Shown here in pieces: positions 21,799 to 32,472 of a stretch of 64,000 nucleotides of DNA; position 1 is the first letter of the stretch, and each line of letters begins with the position of its first letter. Origin of the DNA: Candidatus Poriferihabitaceae bacterium. Lineage in GTDB: Bacteria > Pseudomonadota > Gammaproteobacteria > Arenicellales > Poriferihabitantaceae. The notes beneath the pieces are model-generated. The model made no database searches. It worked only from the letters and a program-made list of their open reading frames with translations, and was not told the origin of the DNA. A program made the position numbers and the translations under genes. The stretch covers positions 640,491 to 704,490 of the forward strand of contig CBDHDW010000013.1 in assembly GCA_965261915.1 (NCBI GenBank), in the 5' to 3' direction.

Positions 21799-21832
21799 TT
21801 TTTGATTCTCCTAAAATTGGACGGGACGCGTT

Positions 21833-22102
21833 TTATTTACGCAGTCCGAGCTTGGCGATCAGCGCTCGATAACGCTCAATATCGCTATTCTTTAGATAAC
21901 TCAACAATTTCCGGCGATGATTAACCAATCGCAGCAGTCCCTGTCGAGAATGATGATCGTGTATGTGGGTTTTAAAATGATCTGAAAGATCCTGGATACG
22001 CGCGGTCATAAGCGCGACTTGTACTTCAGGAGAACCTGTGTCTCCTTCTGAGCGCTGGTGTTCTTTAACAACAGCGGCTTTATCACTGGCAGTAAGAGCC
22101 AT
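21833..22102 (-). CDS. rpsO: 30S ribosomal protein S15
   Basis: 89 aa with canonical S15 sequence ([31 protein letters not shown]). Confidence 0.97.
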   Translation of the reverse strand: MALTASDKAAVVKEHQRSEGDTGSPEVQVALMTARIQDLSDHFKTHIHDHHSRQGLLRLVNHRRKLLSYLKNSDIERYRALIAKLGLRK

Positions 22103-22385
22103 GATTTACCTCATAATTTAAGTTATTACCTGTGCCGAAGTAATGAAAAATACACAAAATCTCTCTAAAACCTCGATACACCGTATCCCCGGTTTGCAGG
22201 GTCGCGTATTCTATCTTCAGACCTGCATGACTACAAGCTAAATAGCGGGTTATTCCACCACTAATTGGCCATTGGCCATTAATCAAAAAATTAGCTTTTT
22301 CATCCGTTTAGAAGGACTTTTTCGTAGAAATCAGTATAATCTGTCGCCCCTAAATTCAAGTAAATACTAAAAAGCGCTTAAGATC

Positions 22386-23507
22386 ATGCAACTCAACCGT
22401 GTTGGTTTCGTCGGATGGCGAGGAATGGTAGGTTCAGTACTTCTGCAAAGAATGCGCGAACAAAATGACTTTTCACTTATTAATGAAGCCATTTTCTACA
22501 CCACGTCGCAAACTGGTCAACCTGGCCCTGAAATAAATGGTGAATCAAAGCCGCTGGAAGATGCGACTGATCTGGAAAGTCTGAAAACGCTTGACGTACT
22601 CGTAACCTGTCAGGGCGGAGATTATACCTCGGCAATCCACTCAGCTCTGCGAAACAGCGGTTGGAACGGATACTGGATTGACGCCGCTTCCACCTTAAGA
22701 ATGGCAGAGCAGTCGACTATTATTCTTGACCCGGTAAACATGCCGGTGATTCAAGACGGGCTTAAGCAAGGTCAAAAAGACTTCATCGGAGGTAACTGTA
22801 CAGTTGCATTGATGATGATGGCACTGGATGGACTTTTTAATGCCAATCAGATTGACTGGATGACAGTCGCCACCTATCAGGCGATCTCCGGTGGTGGCGC
22901 CCAGCAGATGCGTGAACTTATTGCACAGATGGGGCAAGTTAATGGTCGTGCTGCATCGCTAATTGAAAACGCCGGCAGCTCTATTCTCGATGTCGACAGT
23001 AATGTGATCGAATCCATGCGCTCTGCTGATCTGCAAACAACTGAGATTGGCTATCCATTGGCAGGTAATTTATTACCCTGGATCGACAAGGATATGGACT
23101 CTGGAACCAGTCGCGAAGAGTGGAAGGGTTCGGTGGAAACAAACAAGATTCTGGGGCGAAATGACTCTCCTATCCCGATCGAAAGCACCTGTATTCGGAT
23201 CGGCACCATGCGCTGTCACAGTCAGGCATTCACCATTCAGATGAAACATGACTTGCCAATAGACGAAATCGAATCCATGCTTGATGAAGCCAATAACTGG
23301 GTTCAGACAATTCCGAATGAACGTCAACAGTCGTTAAATAAACTTACTCCAGCGGCGGTAACCGGAAAGCCGAATATCCCAATCGGCCGCATTCGAAAAT
23401 TAAATATTGGTTCGGGTATGATCTCTGCATTTACCGTTGGCGACCAACTACTATGGGGAGCTGCAGAGCCGCTTCGCCGCATGCTAAGGATTCTTCACAA
23501 CCATTGA
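22386..23507 (+). CDS. asd: aspartate-semialdehyde dehydrogenase
   Basis: 373 aa with N-terminal GFVGWRGMVGSVL and the active-site region GGNCTV. Confidence 0.95.
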   Translation: MQLNRVGFVGWRGMVGSVLLQRMREQNDFSLINEAIFYTTSQTGQPGPEINGESKPLEDATDLESLKTLDVLVTCQGGDYTSAIHSALRNSGWNGYWIDAASTLRMAEQSTIILDPVNMPVIQDGLKQGQKDFIGGNCTVALMMMALDGLFNANQIDWMTVATYQAISGGGAQQMRELIAQMGQVNGRAASLIENAGSSILDVDSNVIESMRSADLQTTEIGYPLAGNLLPWIDKDMDSGTSREEWKGSVETNKILGRNDSPIPIESTCIRIGTMRCHSQAFTIQMKHDLPIDEIESMLDEANNWVQTIPNERQQSLNKLTPAAVTGKPNIPIGRIRKLNIGSGMISAFTVGDQLLWGAAEPLRRMLRILHNH

Positions 23508-23622
23508 TTGAAGTACTGAACCCAATGGTTCTGACACTTGACGGATTCAGTGCGGGTTAATCTGAACGCGTACAATACGGGCTTCATCTGCCGTATTTCT
23601 ACTTGGCAATATTGGTCTTACT

Positions 23623-24663
23623 GTGAAACTTAAATCCAAATTCGTCGGATTACAATCCGGGGCCTTTATCGCGCTTGTTTGCATCCCGTTATTGACTCAA
23701 GCTCAAACAACAGTTGCTGTTGAAAAGCTCTCCGAGATCAGCATTAGCGTAAACCGTTCGGTTCCGGCCGAAACGATAAGCTTGCGAGAATCTACCGTGG
23801 CCTCGCAATTGTCCAGCACCCTATCCCGTCTTCCACTAAAAATTGGGGATTCAGTTTCTACCAACCAGTTGATCGCCGAAATTGACTGCATTGATAACAC
23901 GCTGGCTCTGGAACAGGCGCGTTCCGAAAAATCCGCTTTAACCGCGAATAAACTGCTGGCTACTCAACAACTGCAGCGCCTGCAGCAACTGCGTAAATCA
24001 AATAATGCCTCCGAAGAAGAAATCAATCAAAAAGAAGCCGAAGTAAATGTCGTTAAGTCCCGGATTGGTTCTCAGGATATCGCCATACGAACCGCTCAAC
24101 GACAGGTCGACAAATGTTTTGTTGGCGCTCCGTTTTCAGGGGTTGTGACTGAAATTTTTAGCGAAGTCGGGAACTATGTAAAGCCGGGCAGTCCGATCGC
24201 TACAATTACCAATATTGTCGATGTCGAACTGAGCGCACAAATCGGAGACCCTGAAATTGATCAGATACCATTGAACAAACTGGTTTTTCTGTATCAAGGA
24301 GCGTCTTTTCCAGTAAAAGTCAGATCCATTCTAAAAGTCATCAATCCACTCTCGCAAAACCGCCATATACGACTGGAGTTTATTGAGAGGAAGCCTTTCC
24401 CAGGCTCCAATGGCCGCCTGCAATGGTCTTTGGCCGGTACCATACTACCGTCTGCCCTGCTACTAAAGCGAGCTCAGCAGTATGGTGTTTTTGTTGCGGC
24501 TGAGAATGACCAGGGCCAACTACAGGCCAATTTTGTTAGCATTGACGGTGCTAAGCCTGGGCAGCCTGCAGTCGTGTCGATAGCACCAGAGTCCCTAATT
24601 ATCACTGATGGTCGATTTGGACTCGAGGATGGAGAACTGGTCGTTATTGAGAGCCTTCAATAG
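23623..24663 (+). CDS. RND efflux periplasmic adaptor (HlyD/MFP family)
   Basis: Signal sequence, a coiled-coil hairpin region (LQRLQQLRKSN..) and lipoyl-like/beta-barrel segments. Lies directly upstream of an RND pump. GTG start. Confidence 0.8.
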   Translation: MKLKSKFVGLQSGAFIALVCIPLLTQAQTTVAVEKLSEISISVNRSVPAETISLRESTVASQLSSTLSRLPLKIGDSVSTNQLIAEIDCIDNTLALEQARSEKSALTANKLLATQQLQRLQQLRKSNNASEEEINQKEAEVNVVKSRIGSQDIAIRTAQRQVDKCFVGAPFSGVVTEIFSEVGNYVKPGSPIATITNIVDVELSAQIGDPEIDQIPLNKLVFLYQGASFPVKVRSILKVINPLSQNRHIRLEFIERKPFPGSNGRLQWSLAGTILPSALLLKRAQQYGVFVAAENDQGQLQANFVSIDGAKPGQPAVVSIAPESLIITDGRFGLEDGELVVIESLQ

Positions 24664-24689
24664 CTCGTCTGGGCTCCGAAACGCTGAAG

Positions 24690-27600
24690 ATGTTTCAATC
24701 CATTCTTAAAAACCATGTTTTGGCCAATATCACCTTCCTGCTGGTATTGGTTATGGGAACCAGTGCTTATGTTTTCATGCCAAGAGAACAGGACCCCACA
24801 ATCAACTTCAACTGGATTGATATCACGACAGTCTATCCCGGGGCTTCCACTCCGGATGTAGAGAAACAGGTCACCAATGTACTGGAAGATGCCATTCGAA
24901 AGGTATCTGATATCAAATTCGTCTCCAGTAACAGCAGAGACGGCATTTCGAATATCCTCGTTCGATTTGAAGATATCGGTTCAGATAATTTTGACAAACG
25001 CCTTGCCGACCTGCGCCGAGAAGTAGAAGGCGTAGAAGACGAGCTCGCAGATGCGGCATTGGACCCATTCATTTTTGAGATCACCACCGATAATGCCTTC
25101 CCGACTGCCACAGTTGTCATAAGCTCAGTTTCAGATGATGAAAATTTACGCCGTCAGGCAGCGCTCATCAAGCAAGATATCGAACAGCTTAAGGGGGTGG
25201 GGAAAATTCTCGAGAATGGCGTTTCAGACCCGGAAATTCATATCGTATTCGATCCAGACAAGCTTGAACAATACGCTATTAAGCCAACGGACTTATCAGA
25301 AACCATCCAGTTGTATTACCGGAACATTTCAGCCGGAACGGTAAACGTTGCAGACAATAACTGGGCAGTCAAAATTGACGGCAGCCGTTACGATTTACAG
25401 TATCTGGCGACAATTCCGATACTGACTGCAAATGGTGAGGTCCCGCTGCGCGAGGTTGCAAACGTAATACAAACCCGGGAACCTCCGCGTGAGCTGGTTC
25501 GATTCAATGGGCAGCCTTCGGTATTACTCGCCATCACCAAACAGGAAAAGCAGAATATATTGCAGCTAGTGGAGCGAATTGGAAATTTCATTGATGAGCG
25601 ACAGGCAACGTATAGCAGAAACGGCATTACCGTAACGCTGGCGGACGATCAAACACAAATCACTCGGGATGCCCTGCGTGTCATGCAAACCAACGCATCA
25701 ATCGGATTGTTTATGGTGTTCGTTGTCACCTGGTTATTTCTCGGTATACGGATCGCCCTACTCACTGGCATTGCCATCCCATTCATTCTCGCTGGCACCT
25801 TTTGGTTTCTGAGCACAATAGGGCAGACACTCAACGTCACCGTACTGTTAGGCATTGTCATCAGTCTTGGTATGTTGGTAGACGACGCAGTTGTTGTAGT
25901 CGAAGCAATTTATTATCGTTTGCAGCGTGGAGCGGAAACCATCACTGCTGCAACAGAAGGATTGTTCGAAGTCGTTACGCCGGTAACCACAGCAGTATTA
26001 ACGACGATGGCCGCATTTTTACCACTCATGCTGCTGCCTGGTATCTTAGGGAAATTCATGCTGGCTATTCCGGTGGTCATTACCACCGCGCTGGCTATCA
26101 GTCTGGTGGAGGCTTACTGGCTTTTACCCGCACACATCGTCGCCGCCAAAATCAATTTTACGCAGCCTTCCAAAACCCAAAGATTGCGGCAGCGGTTACA
26201 ACACAAGATTCGAATTACGTATGTTCGGCTGCTTGTTAAAGTAGTTCGGCGACCGCTAATCGCGCTTTCATCATTGCTCGTGATATTCAGTTTGGCGCTA
26301 TCTGCAGTGGCATTTGAGCGAATCAAGTTCGATTTTTTTGCACGTGATCCGATTCGAATATTTTATGTAAACGTGAAAATGCCTGCAGGCACAGGGCTTA
26401 GCCGGACGCTAGAGAAAGTCCTCGAAGTAGAAAATGCGGTAAAGAAAAACGTACTTGAAAACGAGGTTCGCTCAATTGTCAGTTATTCAGGGCAGTTGTT
26501 AACGAAAACGGAACCCCTGTTTGGTGACCAGTTCGGACAAATCCTTGTCTCGTTAAGCGCGAAAACCAAAGACAACCGATCTGTTGACGAAATGATAGCG
26601 TCAATGACAGAAGATGTGAGTGCAGTCCGTGGAATCGAGAAAACATCCTTTCTCAGAATTGCCGGGGGACCTCCGGCAACCAAAGATATTAACGTCAAGG
26701 TTCGAGGAGATGATCTCTTCGAGATTGCTGAAGCGACTGGGGCATTGAAACGATTCATGGCGAGCAAACCGGAATTTCGAGAGATTGCAGATGACAATCT
26801 CCCCGGACAGAATGCGATGAATCTCAAGATTAATAGCGCCGCCATTCAAAGAACGGGGATTAATCCCGGACAGATAAGCCAAACCTTGAAACTGCTGGTA
26901 GACGGAGAGATTGTGAGTGATCTCCGTCACCTTGGCGAAAAGGTTAACATCCGCTTGAAATCGGATATGCAGCTCGCACAAATCGATGAGTTGCTGGAAT
27001 TTCGACTCCCTTCCCAAAATGGAGAATTGATTCCGCTGAAGCAACTTGTGACAACCGAGTTTACAAATACGCCAAATAGTATTCGACACTACAATTATCG
27101 ACGCAATATCACTCTGAAAGCGGATATCGATAAAACCATTACAGACACAATTAAGGCAAACAACCTAATCAAGGAACACTGGCATACCATACGCAATGAC
27201 TATCAAAACGTTGATCTGGACTTTAGCGGAATCCTGGATGACCTTGAAGAAAGTCTAAATGCCATCGGATTGTTGTTCTTGATGGGATTGGGCTTGATAT
27301 ACCTGATTCTCGGCACCCAGTTTCGCAGCTACTTTCAACCGCTTTTAATTATCGTTACCGTACCAATGGCCGCCACCGGCGTCATTTTTGGTTTACTGGT
27401 AAGCCGATATCCACTCAGTTTGTACACTCTCTATGGTGTCGTTGCCCTCGCCGGAATTGCAGTGAATGCCGCCATCGTATTGATTTCCACCGCCAACTCC
27501 AGAAAAGCATCGGGGATGAGTGTCACCAACAGCATTATTTTTGCATCAAGAAGGCGCGTGATCCCTATTCTAATTACTTCACTTACCACGATAGCCGGGT

Positions 27601-27755
27601 TGTTTTCATTGGCAACGGGTCTTGGCGGCCACTCCCTGCTCTGGGGTCCCGTCGCATCATCCATGGTTTGGGGCCTCACCGTGTCCACTATGCTGACACT
27701 ATTTTACGTACCGTTGTTATACCGATTGTTTATTCGACCAAACACGGTAACCTAA
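24690..27755 (+). CDS. RND family efflux transporter permease (AcrB/HAE-type)
   Basis: 1021 aa with a 12-TM, two-large-loop architecture and conserved TM4 region GMLVDDAVVVVE. Confidence 0.9.
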   Translation: MFQSILKNHVLANITFLLVLVMGTSAYVFMPREQDPTINFNWIDITTVYPGASTPDVEKQVTNVLEDAIRKVSDIKFVSSNSRDGISNILVRFEDIGSDNFDKRLADLRREVEGVEDELADAALDPFIFEITTDNAFPTATVVISSVSDDENLRRQAALIKQDIEQLKGVGKILENGVSDPEIHIVFDPDKLEQYAIKPTDLSETIQLYYRNISAGTVNVADNNWAVKIDGSRYDLQYLATIPILTANGEVPLREVANVIQTREPPRELVRFNGQPSVLLAITKQEKQNILQLVERIGNFIDERQATYSRNGITVTLADDQTQITRDALRVMQTNASIGLFMVFVVTWLFLGIRIALLTGIAIPFILAGTFWFLSTIGQTLNVTVLLGIVISLGMLVDDAVVVVEAIYYRLQRGAETITAATEGLFEVVTPVTTAVLTTMAAFLPLMLLPGILGKFMLAIPVVITTALAISLVEAYWLLPAHIVAAKINFTQPSKTQRLRQRLQHKIRITYVRLLVKVVRRPLIALSSLLVIFSLALSAVAFERIKFDFFARDPIRIFYVNVKMPAGTGLSRTLEKVLEVENAVKKNVLENEVRSIVSYSGQLLTKTEPLFGDQFGQILVSLSAKTKDNRSVDEMIASMTEDVSAVRGIEKTSFLRIAGGPPATKDINVKVRGDDLFEIAEATGALKRFMASKPEFREIADDNLPGQNAMNLKINSAAIQRTGINPGQISQTLKLLVDGEIVSDLRHLGEKVNIRLKSDMQLAQIDELLEFRLPSQNGELIPLKQLVTTEFTNTPNSIRHYNYRRNITLKADIDKTITDTIKANNLIKEHWHTIRNDYQNVDLDFSGILDDLEESLNAIGLLFLMGLGLIYLILGTQFRSYFQPLLIIVTVPMAATGVIFGLLVSRYPLSLYTLYGVVALAGIAVNAAIVLISTANSRKASGMSVTNSIIFASRRRVIPILITSLTTIAGLFSLATGLGGHSLLWGPVASSMVWGLTVSTMLTLFYVPLLYRLFIRPNTVT

Positions 27756-28146
27756 AATCGAAAAACGGCTGAAAACCAGAACTGATCTACACCAAACGAC
27801 CTAATTCTGCCTCTCTGAAATAATTTGTTACCTAATGAAAACTATACCAAATTTGAACAATTGCCATTAGATTCGGATTTTGTCGAGCAATCACCACGAA
27901 TAATCATTTCAATTACATAATTTGATTGTCTGGACGCGACTTGATGCACAAGTAAGACGACAAGTTTGGTAATATCGCGCATCGTTTCGGTGCAAATAAT
28001 TTAGACTCCGAAGCCGGCAATCCAACTGATATTTAGAAGTCGAACTTATAGGGTCAAAAATGAACCAGACGAAGCCATTCAGCGCAATGTTTGTCCAAAC
28101 TGGTGGACCAAATTAAAACCAAATTCTGCGTTATCGCAAAAATCAT

Positions 28147-29106
28147 ATGAAAATTCTCATCGCTGACAGCTTCCCGGAATCTCATGCAGCAATGCTGCGA
28201 GACAATGGTCACGAACTCACCATTGATGCCGGGTTAGACCCCGAAACCCTTCCAGCTGCGATCGCAGATAACGAAGCACTTATCGTCCGCAGCACTAAAG
28301 TCAATGCCGACACCATGGACGCGGGATCTGCATTGAAACTGGTAATTAGAGCCGGCGCCGGAACCAATACGATCGACAAACCCCACGCCGCTGAAAATGG
28401 CATTCAGGTTTGTAACGTCCCTGGCGCCAACGCCATTGCCGTTGCCGAACTGGTAATGGGACTTATTTTATCCATTGACCGACACATTCCCCAGAACGTT
28501 TCGGATCTAAGAAACAACACCTGGAACAAGAAAAAATATTCACAGGCACAAGGGCTGTTTGGTCAAAGTATTGGTATTCTGGGATTGGGCGCTATTGGTC
28601 TTGCCGTTGCCGAGCGCGCTAATGCATTTGGCATGTCAGTATATGCCGTATCAAAAAGCGGGCGATCCGAACAAGCCGAACAACGGATTAGCAATGCCGG
28701 TATTCAACAGCTCCAGACACAGGACGAATTGCTGGCAGCATGTGACATTATCTCACTACATATGCCGGCAACCCCGGAAACAAGCGGCATAGTAAACGGT
28801 GACTTTCTTAGCAAAATGAAAGACGGTTCGGTGCTGGTAAATAGCTCTCGAGGGGAACTCGTCGACGAAACCGCTTTAATAGAAGCCATGGACAGTCGCG
28901 GAATTCGGGCAGGGCTTGATGTGTACAACAACGAACCTGGTGCCGGAGACAATCGTTTTGAATCCGCTTTGGCTACCCACCCGTCTGTCTGTGGTACACA
29001 CCATATTGGTGCTTCTACTAACCAGGCACAGGCAGCTGTTTCCAACGGCGTACTCGCTGTTATCCAGTCGTATCTGGAAGGCAGCGCGATTAACTGCGTT
29101 AACTAA
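28147..29106 (+). CDS. D-isomer-specific 2-hydroxyacid dehydrogenase, short 3-phosphoglycerate dehydrogenase-like
   Basis: NAD-binding GILGLGAIG and catalytic R/E/H region (SRG..VDE, HIGAST). Lies adjacent to serC. Confidence 0.8.
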   Translation: MKILIADSFPESHAAMLRDNGHELTIDAGLDPETLPAAIADNEALIVRSTKVNADTMDAGSALKLVIRAGAGTNTIDKPHAAENGIQVCNVPGANAIAVAELVMGLILSIDRHIPQNVSDLRNNTWNKKKYSQAQGLFGQSIGILGLGAIGLAVAERANAFGMSVYAVSKSGRSEQAEQRISNAGIQQLQTQDELLAACDIISLHMPATPETSGIVNGDFLSKMKDGSVLVNSSRGELVDETALIEAMDSRGIRAGLDVYNNEPGAGDNRFESALATHPSVCGTHHIGASTNQAQAAVSNGVLAVIQSYLEGSAINCVN

Positions 29107-29167
29107 TACCAATTTACGTCCATTACGATTTTTATCATACGAACTATTTCACCTAATTAAATACATC

Positions 29168-30253
29168 ATGAGCAATAGAAAACACAACTTTAGCGCTGGA
29201 CCCTGCACACTTCCTCTGGAAGCACTTGAAGAAGCTCAACAGGAGTTTGTTGATTATCAGGGCGCCGGAATGTCGCTTATCGAAATGAGCCACCGAGGCA
29301 AACATTTTGATGAAGTTGCCAATGAAGCAATGACTTTGTCGATGGCGGTATTCGAAGTACCAGACGACTTTAGCGTATTGTTCCTTCAGGGAGGTGCTAT
29401 TCTGCAGTTTTCAATGATTCCGATGAACCTCATCAACCCGGGGCAAAAAGCAGCCTATGTGAATTCGGGAACCTGGGCGAAAGGCGCAATCACTGATGCC
29501 AAAGAATACGGCGAAATCTATACCGCCTGGGACGGGGAAAGTTGTAATTTCACCCGGATGCCAGGCACCGATGAACTGGCAATGCGGGATAACACCCGTT
29601 ATCTGCATATCACAACGAACGAAACTATTGGTGGGATTCGTTTTGCAGAATGGCCTGAAGTCGATGTTCCACTGGTTGGAGATATGTCGTCCGAGTATAT
29701 GGCAAGACCGCTGCCGTGGGATAAGTTTGATCTGGTTTACGGTGGTGCACAAAAAAACCTTGGGCCTGCCGGTATGTCTGTTGTCTTCATCCGCAAATCA
29801 ATCCTTGAAAACTGTAATCAGAATATGGGTCGTTACTTGCGTTACGACATTCAGGAATCCAAAGGCTCCATGTTCAATACCCCTCCCGTGTTCCCGATTT
29901 ACATGTTTGGAAAGGTATTGAAGTGGATGAAAAAAGAAGGCGGACTGTCAGCAATGGAGTCTCGTGCGGCTGAAAAAGCCTCTCTGCTTTACAGCGCGAT
30001 TGACGACAGCAATGGCTACTACCACTGCCCTGTTGACACTGCATGCCGTTCGCATATGAACGTGGTTTTTCGTTTACCGAGCGAAGAACTAGAACAAAAG
30101 TTTCTAACGGAAGCGGGACAGGCAGATTTAATGAATCTTAAAGGCCATCGAAGTGTCGGTGGCTGCAGAGCCAGTATCTATAATGCGATGCCAAAAGAAA
30201 GTGTATCGGCACTAACCCGTTTTATGGCGGATTTTCAGGCAAACAACGGTTAA
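29168..30253 (+). CDS. serC: phosphoserine aminotransferase
   Basis: MSNRKHNFSAGPCTLP... N-terminus, GAQKNLGPAG (PLP Lys) and C-terminal GGCRASIYNAMP. The ORF-track start at 28916 overlaps the upstream gene and is rejected. Confidence 0.93.
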   Translation: MSNRKHNFSAGPCTLPLEALEEAQQEFVDYQGAGMSLIEMSHRGKHFDEVANEAMTLSMAVFEVPDDFSVLFLQGGAILQFSMIPMNLINPGQKAAYVNSGTWAKGAITDAKEYGEIYTAWDGESCNFTRMPGTDELAMRDNTRYLHITTNETIGGIRFAEWPEVDVPLVGDMSSEYMARPLPWDKFDLVYGGAQKNLGPAGMSVVFIRKSILENCNQNMGRYLRYDIQESKGSMFNTPPVFPIYMFGKVLKWMKKEGGLSAMESRAAEKASLLYSAIDDSNGYYHCPVDTACRSHMNVVFRLPSEELEQKFLTEAGQADLMNLKGHRSVGGCRASIYNAMPKESVSALTRFMADFQANNG

Positions 30254-30271
30254 AGCGTCGAGAGTTCGATT

Positions 30272-31510
30272 ATGCCCAGCATCAAATCATTTGAAGGATA
30301 CCTGGTCGATGCGGACCGTGCAGAAGCAGTCGTTTCACCTGCTTACGATTCCGTTTCACCTGAGCAACGTCGGTTATTTGCCGAGACGCATCCGGATAAT
30401 TTTTTGAACACCATGCGGTTGATGGAGGATTTTGCAGAGAATGAACGCCCTGACCAGCAAGGCCTTCTGCAATTCAATCGCGGTAATCTGGATCGACTGC
30501 TTGACAATGGCTCGTTTCAGAAATTACCGGGCGCATGCCTGTTCATATATCAGCTCGATACTGGCGAACATGTTCAAACTGGCGTAGTCTGCGAGGTGGC
30601 GGTTGAAGAATATGAAAATGGCTATCTGCGAAAACACGAAAATACACGTAGCGACAAAGAAGATCTGCTGGCCAATTACCAAAGAGTCGTGGGTGCCTCG
30701 TCCAGCCCGATCTGTCTGACCTATTCACAGGACGCCGGTATCGACGGTTTCGTAGAAAAGTTAATTGCTCAGCCAGCCGATCTTGAATTTGACTCTGAAG
30801 ATCAGGTTCATCAAAAAGTGTGGTGTGTTGAAGATTCTGCAGATCAGGCGAAACTGCAAGAACTGTTTGCTGCGGTAAAAACGAGTTACCTCACCGATGG
30901 TCACCACCGTGCCGCATCCGGCAGGCGATATGCGGAAATTATGCGTGCCGAATCCGGAAATAACGGAGATGAGCCTTACAACCAACTACTTGTCGTATTA
31001 TTTCCAGATAATCAATTAAACCTATTACCATTTCATCGCTGCGTGAAAGACATGAACGGATTGTCAGTTGAACAAATTATTGATCGACTCGACAGCTGTT
31101 TCATTGTGGACAAACCAGAAAACCAAACTTCATTCGAGTCTCAAAAACACGGCGAGTTTGGCATGTTTATCGACAACACCTGGTATCGACTTCAAGTCAA
31201 AGCCGAATGCGTCGATTCCGAAGATCCGGTGGCGTCACTGGATGTATCCATTCTGCAAAATCGGATACTCGATCCGATTCTGGGCATAAAGGATATGCGT
31301 AGTGATGAGCGTCTGGATTACGTTGCGGGTGTTAGCGGGGAACAGGGAATTCGCAACAAAGCCAGTGAAGGCTGGGCAGTTGTCTTCGCGTGTTACGCAA
31401 CGTCTATCGAACAGCTAATGGACATCGCTGATGCGGATGGGCTAATGCCGCCGAAATCAACCTATTTCGACCCAAAACCAAGATCCGGAATATTTATTCG
31501 CCTGAAATAA
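30272..31510 (+). CDS. DUF1015 family protein (function unknown)
   Basis: 412 aa. The N-terminus ..SPAYDSVSP.. and the LTDGHHR motif are as I remember for DUF1015. Starts 18 nt after serC. Confidence 0.7.
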   Translation: MPSIKSFEGYLVDADRAEAVVSPAYDSVSPEQRRLFAETHPDNFLNTMRLMEDFAENERPDQQGLLQFNRGNLDRLLDNGSFQKLPGACLFIYQLDTGEHVQTGVVCEVAVEEYENGYLRKHENTRSDKEDLLANYQRVVGASSSPICLTYSQDAGIDGFVEKLIAQPADLEFDSEDQVHQKVWCVEDSADQAKLQELFAAVKTSYLTDGHHRAASGRRYAEIMRAESGNNGDEPYNQLLVVLFPDNQLNLLPFHRCVKDMNGLSVEQIIDRLDSCFIVDKPENQTSFESQKHGEFGMFIDNTWYRLQVKAECVDSEDPVASLDVSILQNRILDPILGIKDMRSDERLDYVAGVSGEQGIRNKASEGWAVVFACYATSIEQLMDIADADGLMPPKSTYFDPKPRSGIFIRLK

Positions 31511-31600
31511 ATGCCCTTGCAGCGCGGTAATATATTCACCCGCAAAATTTTGGCAAAAGGATTTCCACGAATGAGGTAAAAGTTGGCGTATTGGTCATTT

Positions 31601-32464
31601 CTACTGGGAAATAGTGTTAAACCACTGACCCAATGTCACTCTGTCGTTTCCACTCAGATCCACAACAGTTTTGACATTCGAGAATCCATTGTCTGCAAAC
31701 ATTTCTCTCACCTGTCTGGATTGATCAAACCCATGTTCCAGTATTAACCAGCCAGCGCTATTCAAAAACGCATTCGCGCTGGAAATAATATTGCGAAGAT
31801 CATCCAGCCCATCAGAGCCAGACTTCAAAGCCAGCAGCGGTTCAAATCGAACATCACCTGAAAGTAAATGGTGATCATCTTCCGCGATATACGGGGGGTT
31901 TGAGCATATAGCATCAAAACTCAATCCTGATAGCTGATCAAACCAGTCGCTTACAATCCATTGGATATTGTCAAAGCCGAGCTTTCCCTGATTACTGCGT
32001 GCAATATCCAACGCTTCAACTGAAATATCAGTGGCAGTAATGTTCCAAGTTGGTCTCTGCGACGCAAATGCGAGTGCAATCGCGCCACTCCCTGCTCCCA
32101 ATTCAAGAATATGGTTTCCGGAATACGACTCCACTAACTTTAGCGTTTCTTCCACCAGTGTTTCAGTATCAGGTCGAGGAATAAGCACAGCATTATTTAC
32201 CGTAATCGGCAGTGACCAAAACTCCCTTTCACCAACAATATAAGCCACCGGCTCTCCTCTCATTCTTCTGTCAATACAGAGGCGAAACTGATCTTCAAGT
32301 TCCGCGGAAATCTGACAGTCATCATGCGTAATCAGATAAGCAGCACTTACGCCAAGACTATGACACAGCAGCACCGTTACATCGATTTCGCTACTCGAAT
32401 AGGTGTTTAGCTGACCCCTACCCCAACGTCGAAGAGAATCGATAGTTGTCGTGGTCGGATCCAC
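31601..32464 (-). CDS. prmC: peptide chain release factor N5-glutamine methyltransferase
   Basis: SAM motif ELGAGSGAI and catalytic NPPY (SNPPYI). Lies directly downstream of prfA. Confidence 0.9.
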   Translation of the reverse strand: MDPTTTTIDSLRRWGRGQLNTYSSSEIDVTVLLCHSLGVSAAYLITHDDCQISAELEDQFRLCIDRRMRGEPVAYIVGEREFWSLPITVNNAVLIPRPDTETLVEETLKLVESYSGNHILELGAGSGAIALAFASQRPTWNITATDISVEALDIARSNQGKLGFDNIQWIVSDWFDQLSGLSFDAICSNPPYIAEDDHHLLSGDVRFEPLLALKSGSDGLDDLRNIISSANAFLNSAGWLILEHGFDQSRQVREMFADNGFSNVKTVVDLSGNDRVTLGQWFNTISQ

Positions 32465-32472
32465 GCAATACC

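Noticed and set aside
28916-29167. Long N-terminal extension of serC from the ORF track (start 28916)
   Set aside because: It overlaps the last 190 bp of the dehydrogenase gene and has no SerC-like sequence. The canonical MSNRKHNFSAGP start is at 29168.
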